Origin: Clostridia bacterium | GTDB taxonomy: Bacteria > Bacillota > Clostridia > Oscillospirales > CAG-272 | Direction: 5' to 3' | Length of the DNA stretch: 64,000 bases | NCBI GenBank assembly: GCA_017621695.1 | Contig: JAGASP010000053.1 | Span: 4,787-68,786, forward strand | Part shown: positions 35,611 through 44,241 of the stretch, piece by piece | Layout: the number at the start of each line of letters is the position of its first letter | Position numbering within the stretch: the first letter of the stretch is position 1 | Notes under the pieces: generated by a model | Databases searched by the model: none | What the model was told of the DNA's origin: nothing | What the model saw: only the letters and a program-made list of their open reading frames with translations | Program-made: the position numbers and the translations under genes

Positions 35611-37119
35611 TCAATCGTTTTGGGCATACAATTCATTGTAATAGATGTTGTTTTCCTCGGTAACAACGGGACGGTAGGCGAAAAGGAAGGGGGCGTTTTC
35701 GTAGCTGATGGGCTCCAGCGTGGGTTGAACGGACATGATACGGCTGTCCGAGCCGTGATCGTAGCGTAAGGCCTGACCGTTTCTTGCGTCCTCGGCCAGC
35801 ATGAAGACGTGCATGGGGCCGCCGTCGACGGGATGGGGATTGACAAAGATGATGTCGCCCGCCTGCAGATCCTCGATTCGGGTGATCTTTATAAAGCCCA
35901 TATCTTGGCACCATGAATAGAGATTGGACACCACACAGCCCTGTATGATGGGCTGATCCGTAAAGCCCGCGCGATAGAGGACCCAGTCCACCAGGCGGTC
36001 ACAGCTGGTGCGCAGGGGACGGTGGTTAATGCCGGGATTTGTACAGGAATCACCGTACTTGAAATTCATCTCGCGAGCGTACTCGGTAACGTACTTGCCC
36101 TCGCGCAAAAGGTTGCATTGCAGCAAGGAATACGGTGTATAGACGATTTCTCCCTTTTCGTTGGCTACGCGATATCCAAACTGCTTTTGTCTGTCACAGC
36201 GCTTGATGGCACTGTCCAAAGAGGAATAAGCCTTCCCCAACACGTTGTCCTCGGGAATATGGAGCCGATCCTCATAGAGACAAACGTAAAAGCCCTTTTC
36301 CACTTCGGGTGCGGGTGTCACTTCTCCACGATCGGCTGCAATGAAGGCCTCTGCCTCTGCACGGTCCGCGCAGAAGGCGATCTTTTCCAAAAGAAACGTA
36401 TCTCTGGCTTCCAGGAAATTTGTGTAATCCAAGCGGAAGCCGTCGTTGAAGCGCGTGGACCAACCGGGGGTATCTTCATCTGCTTCGAAAATGATATACT
36501 GCCAAACGCGTTCACCGAAGAATTCGGAGTCTCCTCCGTAGACCTCGGTCAAGGAGTAACCGGCACTGGCAGACCTGCGATCTTCGGTCGCGTAAAACAT
36601 CTCAAAAGCACCGCCCCACTCGGCCTGTACCTTGAAGACAATGACCTTTTTCTCTTCGGGTGTAAAGGGCGTATATGTTTTACCGTCGGCGGAGGTGGGG
36701 TATCCTGCGGCTTTGTACATTTTGCTCACGTTCCATTGCACGCAAGGATCCCGAGACTCACTGCGTCCGATAAATTTCACGCCTTCATCGCACATCTCGG
36801 GATAAGCACCCGATCCGCGAAGAAAAGCGGCTCTGAACAAATCCTCGTTAAAGGTGGTCAGATCAATACGGGTGGGATCGGGAATCAAATAGGGAGACGC
36901 TGTTTCAGTCTCGGTTTCCGCTTGGGTCGGCGCCTCGGTTTGCTCCTCTGTCGGAGTTTCGGTTTCTTTTTCAGGTTGGGCTTCGGCTTGCGTTGCATCA
37001 GGGAAAGCTTCGCCGGTCGCGGTCTCCTCGGGGGAAGATGCGGGTGGGGCTGTGCAGGCAGCCAAAATCATCAGAAAGCAGAGAAGTCCTGCTACCATAT
37101 ATAAATGCCGTTTTTTCAT
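35611..37119 (-). CDS. Lipoprotein with acidic T/E linker, a domain shared with two other secreted proteins, and a C-terminal papain-fold (NlpC/P60- or CHAP-like) domain
   Basis: Lipobox ILAAC. The candidate catalytic Cys lies in SCDRLVDWVLYRAGF and the His in GDIIFV...MHVFML. RBS GAAGGA. Confidence 0.65.
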   Translation of the reverse strand: MKKRHLYMVAGLLCFLMILAACTAPPASSPEETATGEAFPDATQAEAQPEKETETPTEEQTEAPTQAETETETASPYLIPDPTRIDLTTFNEDLFRAAFLRGSGAYPEMCDEGVKFIGRSESRDPCVQWNVSKMYKAAGYPTSADGKTYTPFTPEEKKVIVFKVQAEWGGAFEMFYATEDRRSASAGYSLTEVYGGDSEFFGERVWQYIIFEADEDTPGWSTRFNDGFRLDYTNFLEARDTFLLEKIAFCADRAEAEAFIAADRGEVTPAPEVEKGFYVCLYEDRLHIPEDNVLGKAYSSLDSAIKRCDRQKQFGYRVANEKGEIVYTPYSLLQCNLLREGKYVTEYAREMNFKYGDSCTNPGINHRPLRTSCDRLVDWVLYRAGFTDQPIIQGCVVSNLYSWCQDMGFIKITRIEDLQAGDIIFVNPHPVDGGPMHVFMLAEDARNGQALRYDHGSDSRIMSVQPTLEPISYENAPFLFAYRPVVTEENNIYYNELYAQND

Positions 37120-37321
37120 AAATCATCCTTCTTTCTTGTTACTTAGACAAATCGATTATAGCACACCCCACTCGGTATTGTCAAGAGTGCACAAGTTTCT
37201 TGTGTCTTTTAGTCTGTTTTTTCTGCCTTTTTGTCCGATTCTCTTGACAAGAAGTCCCCGCCGATTTATAATAACAAAAAACGCCACCGCAAAACCAAAC
37301 CGCATGGAAAGGATATGCATT

Positions 37322-39223
37322 ATGAATCTTGTACCTCGTTTTTCATTTCATTACAGAAATAAGCCCTTCGATCTTGCCGACGTAACCGTCACCCCTACCG
37401 AGTACGGCCGTCTCTATGAATATGCAGACGGCCTGCGCGTGGAGCTGCATATCGAGGAGTTCCCTGCCTACAACGCCATCAAATGGACGCTGTGGTTTGA
37501 GAACACGGGCGAGCACGACAGCGGCCTGATCTCCGACATTCTGGACTGCGACGCTACCTGGTGCTTCGCAAACGCCTCGGGCAAGACTCCCCCCTTATCT
37601 CTCTACAACACCGACGGTTGCGCAGGCTATGAGGCCTACCTGTACTCCGACCGCATCGCCGAGGAGTGCAAGGTCCACGAGACCAAGCTGGGCTTGGGTG
37701 CCTCCCGCTCCTTCCATCCCATGGGCGGACGCTCCTCCAGCGGACAGATGCCCTTCTTTGAATTCTACACTCCCGATCGTGGACTGATGGCCGTTATCGG
37801 TTGGTCGGGTCAGTGGCACGCTCGCTTCGCCCACACCCAAGGGGACACTTTGGAGATCAAGAGCGGCCTGGAATACACCGCCTTCAAGCTCCATCCCGGC
37901 GAGCGCATCCGCACCTCCTCCATTCTGCTGATGGAATTTGAGGGTTCCCGTGTGCAAGGCAGCAACAAGCTCCGCCGTCTCATCAAGAACGAGCTGTGCC
38001 CCTTCACCCCCGATCAGTTCCCCTTCGCCCTGGAGGGCATGGGCATGACCACCGAGCGGAATCTGTACCATCTGAACAAGTACCGTGAGCACGGTGTCAA
38101 GGCCGACTACTACTGGATCGATGCAGGCTGGTACGGCAAGGGTAGCACCCCCGGTGCGGGCGACTGGTATAAAGAGGTCGGCAACTGGCAGGTGCGTCCC
38201 GATGAGCATCCTGACGGGCTGAAGGACGTGGTGAAGACGGTTCACGACATGGGTATGAAGTTCCTGCTGTGGATGGAACCCGAACGCGCTTATCCGGGCA
38301 CGGATCTTGCGGTGGAGCATCCCGACTGGCTGTATCCGCTGGACGGCTTCTACCTCCTCCTCCGTCTGGACAAGGACGAGGTGCGTGAATACCTGTTCAA
38401 CGTGATCTGTCACTTCATTGACGACTTGGACATCAAGTGCTTCCGTCAGGACTTCAACATGGAGCCTCTCCAGTCCTGGCGCATCACCGACGAGATGGAC
38501 CGCGGCGGCATGAACGAGATCAAGTACATCATGAACCTCTACCGTCTGTGGGACGATCTGCGGGCGAAATACCCCGATCTTGTCATCGATAACTGCGCAT
38601 CGGGCGGCCGCCGCATCGACGCCGAGTCCTTGACGAGAACCATCCCCATCTGGCGCACCGATGCCTTCTGTGAGGCTAACCTGGACGCCGATGCCATTCA
38701 GACGCAGATGTTCGGCTACAACCGTCTGGTTCCCTGCTCGGGCGGCGTATGCAAGCAGCCCGGCAACACCTACGCCACCCGTAGTTCTTACGCCCCTGCC
38801 TATGTGGGCAGCTGGTGGTGGACAGACCGTCCCGACCGCCCCGAGCCCACCGAGGAGGTATTCGCCTGGATGAAGGAAATGTGCGACGAGTACCGCTCCC
38901 TGCGCCACTTCTTCTCCTGTGATTTCTACCCGCTGGAAAACGGCGGCTGGAGCTACGCCCACGGCGGATGGGCGGCCTACCGCTACGACCGCCCCGAAGA
39001 AGGCGACGGCATGGTCATGGCCTTCCGCCGCGCGGGATCAAATTGCGTGACCTCCTGCTATCCGCTGGAGGGACTGGACACCGAAGCGATCTACACCGTG
39101 ACCGATATCGACACCAAGGAGACCACCGAGATCAGCGGCAAGGTGCTGGTGGAAAAGGGTCTGACTGTGACCATTCCCGGTCAGTACGAAAGCAAGATCC
39201 TGCTTTACAAAGTCAAAGCGTAA
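37322..39223 (+). CDS. GH36-like (clan GH-D) glycoside hydrolase, cytoplasmic
   Basis: DYYWIDAGWYGKG, FLLWMEPE, CFRQDFN, DNCASGGRRID. ATG 37322 follows GGAAAGGA (an alternative ATG is at 37304). Confidence 0.8.
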   Translation: MNLVPRFSFHYRNKPFDLADVTVTPTEYGRLYEYADGLRVELHIEEFPAYNAIKWTLWFENTGEHDSGLISDILDCDATWCFANASGKTPPLSLYNTDGCAGYEAYLYSDRIAEECKVHETKLGLGASRSFHPMGGRSSSGQMPFFEFYTPDRGLMAVIGWSGQWHARFAHTQGDTLEIKSGLEYTAFKLHPGERIRTSSILLMEFEGSRVQGSNKLRRLIKNELCPFTPDQFPFALEGMGMTTERNLYHLNKYREHGVKADYYWIDAGWYGKGSTPGAGDWYKEVGNWQVRPDEHPDGLKDVVKTVHDMGMKFLLWMEPERAYPGTDLAVEHPDWLYPLDGFYLLLRLDKDEVREYLFNVICHFIDDLDIKCFRQDFNMEPLQSWRITDEMDRGGMNEIKYIMNLYRLWDDLRAKYPDLVIDNCASGGRRIDAESLTRTIPIWRTDAFCEANLDADAIQTQMFGYNRLVPCSGGVCKQPGNTYATRSSYAPAYVGSWWWTDRPDRPEPTEEVFAWMKEMCDEYRSLRHFFSCDFYPLENGGWSYAHGGWAAYRYDRPEEGDGMVMAFRRAGSNCVTSCYPLEGLDTEAIYTVTDIDTKETTEISGKVLVEKGLTVTIPGQYESKILLYKVKA

Positions 39224-39247
39224 CATGAATGACCGTGCAGACGAACG

Positions 39248-39508
39248 CCGCAGTTCTGATTCTGCTACGGGTCACCAAACAACAAAGGGGTTGTTTTAGC
39301 GACCCCTTTGTTGTTTCATGATGCATAATATGACGAATCGAACTGCGCAAGGCCGCAAGGACTTGCTCGCGAGCGCAGGATGCGCAACAGCATGGGATGC
39401 ACATAGGCGATCGCCGCGGCTCTGATTCTGCTATGGGTCACCAAAATAACAAAGGAGCACGCAAAGTGCTCCTTTGTTATTTTGGCCGATTCTTTGATGA
39501 ATCGAACT
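39248..39508 (+). repeat. Tandem ~166-nt repeat (about 2.3 units over 39230-39520), each unit carrying its own terminator-like hairpin
   Basis: 39248-39344 aligns with 39414-39508 (CCGC.G.TCTGATTCTGCTAYGGGTCACCAAA, hairpin, GATGAATCGAACT). The hairpin stems differ by compensatory changes (CAAAGGGG/CCCCTTTG versus CAAAGGAGCAC/GTGCTCCTTTG). Confidence 0.7.
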
Positions 39509-39818
39509 ATCTGCTCTGCAAGTAGTACAGCCCAGTCTCTGTATCGTAGAAATACCCACGGTATCTAAAGGGGTTGTATGTTCTGAGAATGGTGCTTTGC
39601 AGCGTCGTGTTGCCGGCGAAGCTTTAAAATATTTGCAAAAGCCTTGCTTCTCCATTAAGAAAATTCTTAACGGAGACTTTTTATAGGATTACTATTGTGG
39701 GCTAATGGTCATCTCCATTAGCGTTTTGACAACAGATTCCCTAATATAACTTCCGCTTTATTCAGCCTAAACAGCTTTTAGTTCTATCATACACTTAATA
39801 TGTTATAGAAATACGATT

Positions 39819-40229
39819 TTACCAATATGTAAAATACTTGTCGTTATTCTCTTTTTTTACATCCGTGATTTCAAATTCTCCGCGAGAGACAACATTCATT
39901 TTGAAAATATAAATATCTCTTCCGGCAGCAACACTGACCTCCACCCAAGTAAAGGGATACACTTTCTCCTCATTTGAAAGATCTCGGTTGTTTTTTACAA
40001 TTTCCTTATCCAAAGACGGATAAAAATAACCAAGCACACCTTTTTTAGTAGTATCATCAACAAGCTCTGCTACATAATCCAACGCCGCCTGCTGCACTTC
40101 AGTCTTATACCACGAATCCTCCTTGCGTTGTTGCAAATGAGGAATCAAATAAGCAAAAAGCACAATAAGGCCTATGATAAGATAAAGCGCAAGAAAAAGC
40201 AACAGGAATTTTTTTGTTTTCTTTTTCAT
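39819..40229 (-). CDS. Small N-terminally membrane-anchored protein (136 aa) in a conspicuously AT-rich islet
   Basis: MKKKTKKFLLLFLALYLIIGLIVLFAYLI TM segment. Only a weak RBS. Codon usage is unlike the neighbouring genes. Confidence 0.5.
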   Translation of the reverse strand: MKKKTKKFLLLFLALYLIIGLIVLFAYLIPHLQQRKEDSWYKTEVQQAALDYVAELVDDTTKKGVLGYFYPSLDKEIVKNNRDLSNEEKVYPFTWVEVSVAAGRDIYIFKMNVVSRGEFEITDVKKENNDKYFTYW

Positions 40230-40309
40230 GACTGTTTATATACTGCCTTTTTAATTCTCAGGAAAGAGTTTAAATATCAAGTAATCCCCATCAAATCCTA
40301 TGGATGCCG

Positions 40310-41974
40310 TTACTCCGCGCCTTCTTCCCTTCTCTTTCGAGCACACCGCGCGGCGATCAGGCCGCACAGCAACAGCGGCAGCGCGACACTTGCCGTCACA
40401 GCGCCGCAGCCCTCGGAAGAGGTGGCTTCGGTTTGGGTTTCGGAGGCTTCTACAGAAGGAATCTCAGACTGTGCTTCGGTAGCCTCGGGTACGGGAGCGT
40501 CGGTAGCCTGCTCGGTAGGGGTCTCCGTGGGTTGCTCGGTCGGTGCTTCCGTGGGCTCCTCCGTGGGTTCTTCGGTCGGCTCTTCTGTGGGCTCTTCGGT
40601 ATCCACGGGAGGATCATCGTAGCGCAAACGGTAGAGCTTACCCTCGCCGGTGCGGAAGGTATCCTTCAGCATACCCTCTTCAAACATAACGGGGATATAC
40701 TCACCGATGAAGGGATCGAAATATTCCAGCCACTTTACGTCGCTCGAAATATCCACGGTAAACTTACACGTCGCGGATTTTCTTTTCGTGTTTTTATTGA
40801 AGATCATGATATACTGATCATCGCCCTCCTTAGGCTCCATCACGCTGATAACAAACTCGTTTCTGCCGCTGGGCTGGAGGAAGTAATCCTCGGGCAGGAG
40901 TTCTACCCCGTTTGTGCCCTTGTCGGTATGGTAAGCATGGGCGGCATCCAGATTCATGAGAAGAGAGGACAGGCCGCGAACCTCCCAGTTCAGCTCGCTG
41001 AAGGCTTCAAAAAGCTCAGGGTCGCGGATGGTACCGTCACGGTAAATGATGGAATCGCGGAAGCCCTCGCCCTCGGTATCCGAAGAGCCGGGGCAGACCA
41101 GATTGAACCAGGAAAGCGCCTTAAATCCATAGGCCAGGTAGCCATAGACGTTCCAACGCATCTCTCCCTCGGTGGGCATACGGGTACCGTTCCACGCGGT
41201 AGACTGGGGATATGCATGGGTCTTGAGCTTGCCGTTTTCATAGGCAACAGAACGGATCACCTCCATATCGGCGAAAATGTCGGTCAGAACCACGCCACCG
41301 TCACGGAAGGGATAGTAGTCGTGGGACAGATAATCGATATTTTCAGCGCCAATGGTCTCTACGAAATTGGTGACGTGCTCACGGTAAGTACCGCCCAGCG
41401 CCCACTCGGGAGCGTAGCTGGGGAACAGGTTGACCAGCGGATAACGGGTCGCGTCTGCCTCGCGGTAGAGCTTCACAAGCCGGGCGATCTCGGGGAACTT
41501 ATCGGCGGTAGGCTCGTCTACCAGGTGATAACCGATGCAGTGCTCCTTGCCTGCGGCATACTCTACGCCGATGGCGATATTCTTCTCTGCCATGCTGCCG
41601 TTCATCTGGTAGACCATATTGCGCTTGGCATACTGCTCCTCAATATTGTTCCAGTAATCGGCATCAAACATTGCCCCCGAGCCGAAATTCCGGGGGAACA
41701 TATTGAAGTTGATACCCGCCGCGGCCATCTGGTCGAGCTGGTATTCATAGCTGTCTTTTTCAAAGGAGTAGAAGGACACCCAAGAGCCGATGAGCAGATC
41801 GTCGGCGGTAACGTCGTCGGCCATGATCTTCTCGCGGTATGCGGCTTTCTTGGCTTCATATTCTGCATCGCTCTCGGTCTCGTCTGCCGAGACTGCAAAA
41901 ACAGACATGGTCAGAAGGCCGAAAATCAGGGTAAGCATGAGGGTCAGAGCTTTTGTCAGATACGAATGTTTCAT
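40310..41974 (-). CDS. Secreted TIM-barrel (clan GH-A-like) glycoside-hydrolase-like protein with PTEE-repeat linker and Cys-containing C-terminal anchor
   Basis: Signal MKHSYLTKALTLMLTLIFGLLTMSVFA (RBS GAAAGGAAG). Contains YHLVDEP and DYLSHDYYPF. The C-terminus has (EEPT)n followed by SSEGCGAVTASVALPLLLCGLIAARCARKRREEGAE. Confidence 0.7.
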   Translation of the reverse strand: MKHSYLTKALTLMLTLIFGLLTMSVFAVSADETESDAEYEAKKAAYREKIMADDVTADDLLIGSWVSFYSFEKDSYEYQLDQMAAAGINFNMFPRNFGSGAMFDADYWNNIEEQYAKRNMVYQMNGSMAEKNIAIGVEYAAGKEHCIGYHLVDEPTADKFPEIARLVKLYREADATRYPLVNLFPSYAPEWALGGTYREHVTNFVETIGAENIDYLSHDYYPFRDGGVVLTDIFADMEVIRSVAYENGKLKTHAYPQSTAWNGTRMPTEGEMRWNVYGYLAYGFKALSWFNLVCPGSSDTEGEGFRDSIIYRDGTIRDPELFEAFSELNWEVRGLSSLLMNLDAAHAYHTDKGTNGVELLPEDYFLQPSGRNEFVISVMEPKEGDDQYIMIFNKNTKRKSATCKFTVDISSDVKWLEYFDPFIGEYIPVMFEEGMLKDTFRTGEGKLYRLRYDDPPVDTEEPTEEPTEEPTEEPTEAPTEQPTETPTEQATDAPVPEATEAQSEIPSVEASETQTEATSSEGCGAVTASVALPLLLCGLIAARCARKRREEGAE

Positions 41975-42161
41975 AATGTTCTTCCTTTCGCTTGTGATTT
42001 TATATTTCATCCGAAACTTCATTTACTATTATATATGATTTTGTGCAGTTTGTCAACAGAAGCTCAGCAAAAAAACCCCGTTTCTTCCATCGGTTATATA
42101 TATTACATAAAATTTTCGAGAAAATACACAAATTATCGGCAGATAAAATCACAAATTTCCC

Positions 42162-42190
42162 TTGAAAAACAAATTGAAGTGTGATATAAT
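42162..42190 (+). promoter_or_regulatory. Promoter of the envelope gene cluster, followed by a leader hairpin at 42227-42246
   Basis: TTGAAA, 17 nt, TGaTATAAT. Leader hairpin TTGCCGAA-GCTT-TTCGGCAA. Confidence 0.5.
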
Positions 42191-42302
42191 ATAAAATGAT
42201 ATATTATGGCATACGAAAAATTTATTTTGCCGAAGCTTTTCGGCAATCACATATATCGCCATATAAGTGCACCCCACAGAATCAAAAGAACGGAGATATG
42301 CT

Positions 42303-44213
42303 ATGAGTAACACGCCAAAAACAGCCAAAATCAAACCGCCATATAAGGGCTATACCCTGAAAGAAAAATGGCTTCCCAGCCTTTTGCTTTCTCTGTTTGC
42401 CCCCTTGACCGTATGTTTTTTCGGCCCCTTTGAGATCTACGGAAACAACATGAGTGAATTCAAGTTCCTCCTTTGGGACTTCTGGCTTTTGTGCGGCGCG
42501 GTCGCTTTGGGTATCGCCGTCGTGATCTTCGGCCTTCTGATGCTTCTCCGCGGACGTGCGTACGACGTATGCTTCGGTCTCTTTTTCGGTCTTTCCCTCA
42601 TGCTTTTTGTCCAAGGCAATTATCTGAGCCTTGGCGCGGGCTCGCTGTCGGGCGACGGCGTGGGTGAGCTGCTCACCATCGGGAAAATCGTTTTCAATTC
42701 CATCATCTGGATCATTGTGATCGCCGCTTGCGTGGTCGCCATGCTGTTGCTGATGAGAAAATTCAAGGATCTGATCCGTCTCGTGGCAACGGTTGCGCTG
42801 ATCGCCTTGATCGGTATGACCGTGATCTCCTTTGTCGTCATTTCCATGACGACCGACGTATATACCTCTGACAAGGACGAGTCTCAGGCCACGCAGTCCG
42901 AGGAGCAGAGCGAAACGGCGACAGATCCTGCCGTTACTCCCGAGGATACACAGAAGGAAACCACGGCAGATCAGGAGACCCAGACTTCCGGAGACTCGGC
43001 GACCACAGATCCCACGCTTCCCGCCGAGGAAGTTCTGACCTTCAAGAATCTGGACACGCTGGCCACCCAGAACAACATCATTGTTTTCATCGTTGACCGT
43101 TTCGACCACAATTACTATGACAAGGCCATGGAGGAATGCCCCGAGGTCTTTGACTGTCTCGACGGCTTCACGCATTTTGACGACTATATCACCCTCTATC
43201 CCAGAACCTACCCCGGTGTTCCTCATATCCTGACGGGTGTGGAGATCCAGTTTACCGAGACCACGCGTCCCGACTATATGAAGTACGCCTACAGCCAGTC
43301 TCCCTACTGGCAGGCGCTGAAGGATGCGGGCTTTGACATCAACGTATACACGGACGATTATTACGGCTACGAAAATGCGGCTGATATGCGCAACTTCGTC
43401 TCCAACACCTCCGGCAACATCGACTACAAGATCGTCAACCGCCCCAGCCTCTCCATGGATATGATCCGCACCTCCCTGTACCGCTATCTTCCCTTCTCCA
43501 TGCGTCCCGTTCTGGGCGAGATCAATACCCCCATGTACGAAAAATACGTCGAGTATGATCTGCCCGAAAACAACAGCAAGTACTCTACCGATATGAAGGG
43601 CGTTTACGAGGAGATCACCAATGCCCCCTTTGCCTTCCGTGACTCCGAGCGCGGTGTCTCCTTTATCCACATTGCAGGCTGCCACATCCCCAACCGTTAC
43701 AACGAGAATTTTGAAAAGGTCTCCGCCGAAGAGAGAAACGACACCAACGTAGCCATCAAGCAAAGCTTTAAGATCATTTCCGCCTATATCGAAGAAATGA
43801 AGCGCATGGGCGTATATGAGAATTCCACCATTCTGATCATGGGTGACCATTGCAGCATCGGTTCTGACACCAAATTCCTCAAAAAGGCACACGTCACGAC
43901 CCTGCTTGCCAAGCCCGCCGGTGTATCCGAGGGTGAACTGAAGGAATCCAAGGCACAGGTCGGCCCCGAGGATATTTTTGCCACGGTACTGACCGCCGCC
44001 GGCTCTGACAAAGCCAAGGATTACGGCATGAATATTTTCGATATCCCCGAGGATCTTGATCGCGTGCGCCGCTACTATTTCCAGATCGTCGAAGGTACCT
44101 TTGAAGAAGGCAACTACCTGAACGTAGAGCTGGAGATCGTCGGCAACGGCAACGACGTTGAAAACTGGAAAGAGATCCGCGTCGTTGATATGCAAATGAA
44201 CATTTATGATTGA
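42303..44213 (+). CDS. Polytopic membrane protein with extracytoplasmic alkaline-phosphatase-superfamily (LtaS/sulfatase-like) transferase domain
   Basis: About 5 N-terminal hydrophobic segments, an acidic T/E/Q linker, then IIVFIVDRFDHNYY, YPRTYPGVPHILTG and ILIMGDHCS. Confidence 0.75.
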   Translation: MSNTPKTAKIKPPYKGYTLKEKWLPSLLLSLFAPLTVCFFGPFEIYGNNMSEFKFLLWDFWLLCGAVALGIAVVIFGLLMLLRGRAYDVCFGLFFGLSLMLFVQGNYLSLGAGSLSGDGVGELLTIGKIVFNSIIWIIVIAACVVAMLLLMRKFKDLIRLVATVALIALIGMTVISFVVISMTTDVYTSDKDESQATQSEEQSETATDPAVTPEDTQKETTADQETQTSGDSATTDPTLPAEEVLTFKNLDTLATQNNIIVFIVDRFDHNYYDKAMEECPEVFDCLDGFTHFDDYITLYPRTYPGVPHILTGVEIQFTETTRPDYMKYAYSQSPYWQALKDAGFDINVYTDDYYGYENAADMRNFVSNTSGNIDYKIVNRPSLSMDMIRTSLYRYLPFSMRPVLGEINTPMYEKYVEYDLPENNSKYSTDMKGVYEEITNAPFAFRDSERGVSFIHIAGCHIPNRYNENFEKVSAEERNDTNVAIKQSFKIISAYIEEMKRMGVYENSTILIMGDHCSIGSDTKFLKKAHVTTLLAKPAGVSEGELKESKAQVGPEDIFATVLTAAGSDKAKDYGMNIFDIPEDLDRVRRYYFQIVEGTFEEGNYLNVELEIVGNGNDVENWKEIRVVDMQMNIYD

Positions 44214-44241
44214 TGCGTAAAACTCACCAAAGGAGAATCAC

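Noticed and set aside
40412-40615. Nucleotide periodicity in the PTEE / PSE / ETE regions (also 5612-5830, 22038-22247, 59520-59680, 36880-37010), which could be mistaken for a CRISPR-like or satellite repeat.
   Set aside because: The repeats are in frame inside long ORFs and encode acidic low-complexity linkers. There are no unique spacers and no constant-length direct repeats.
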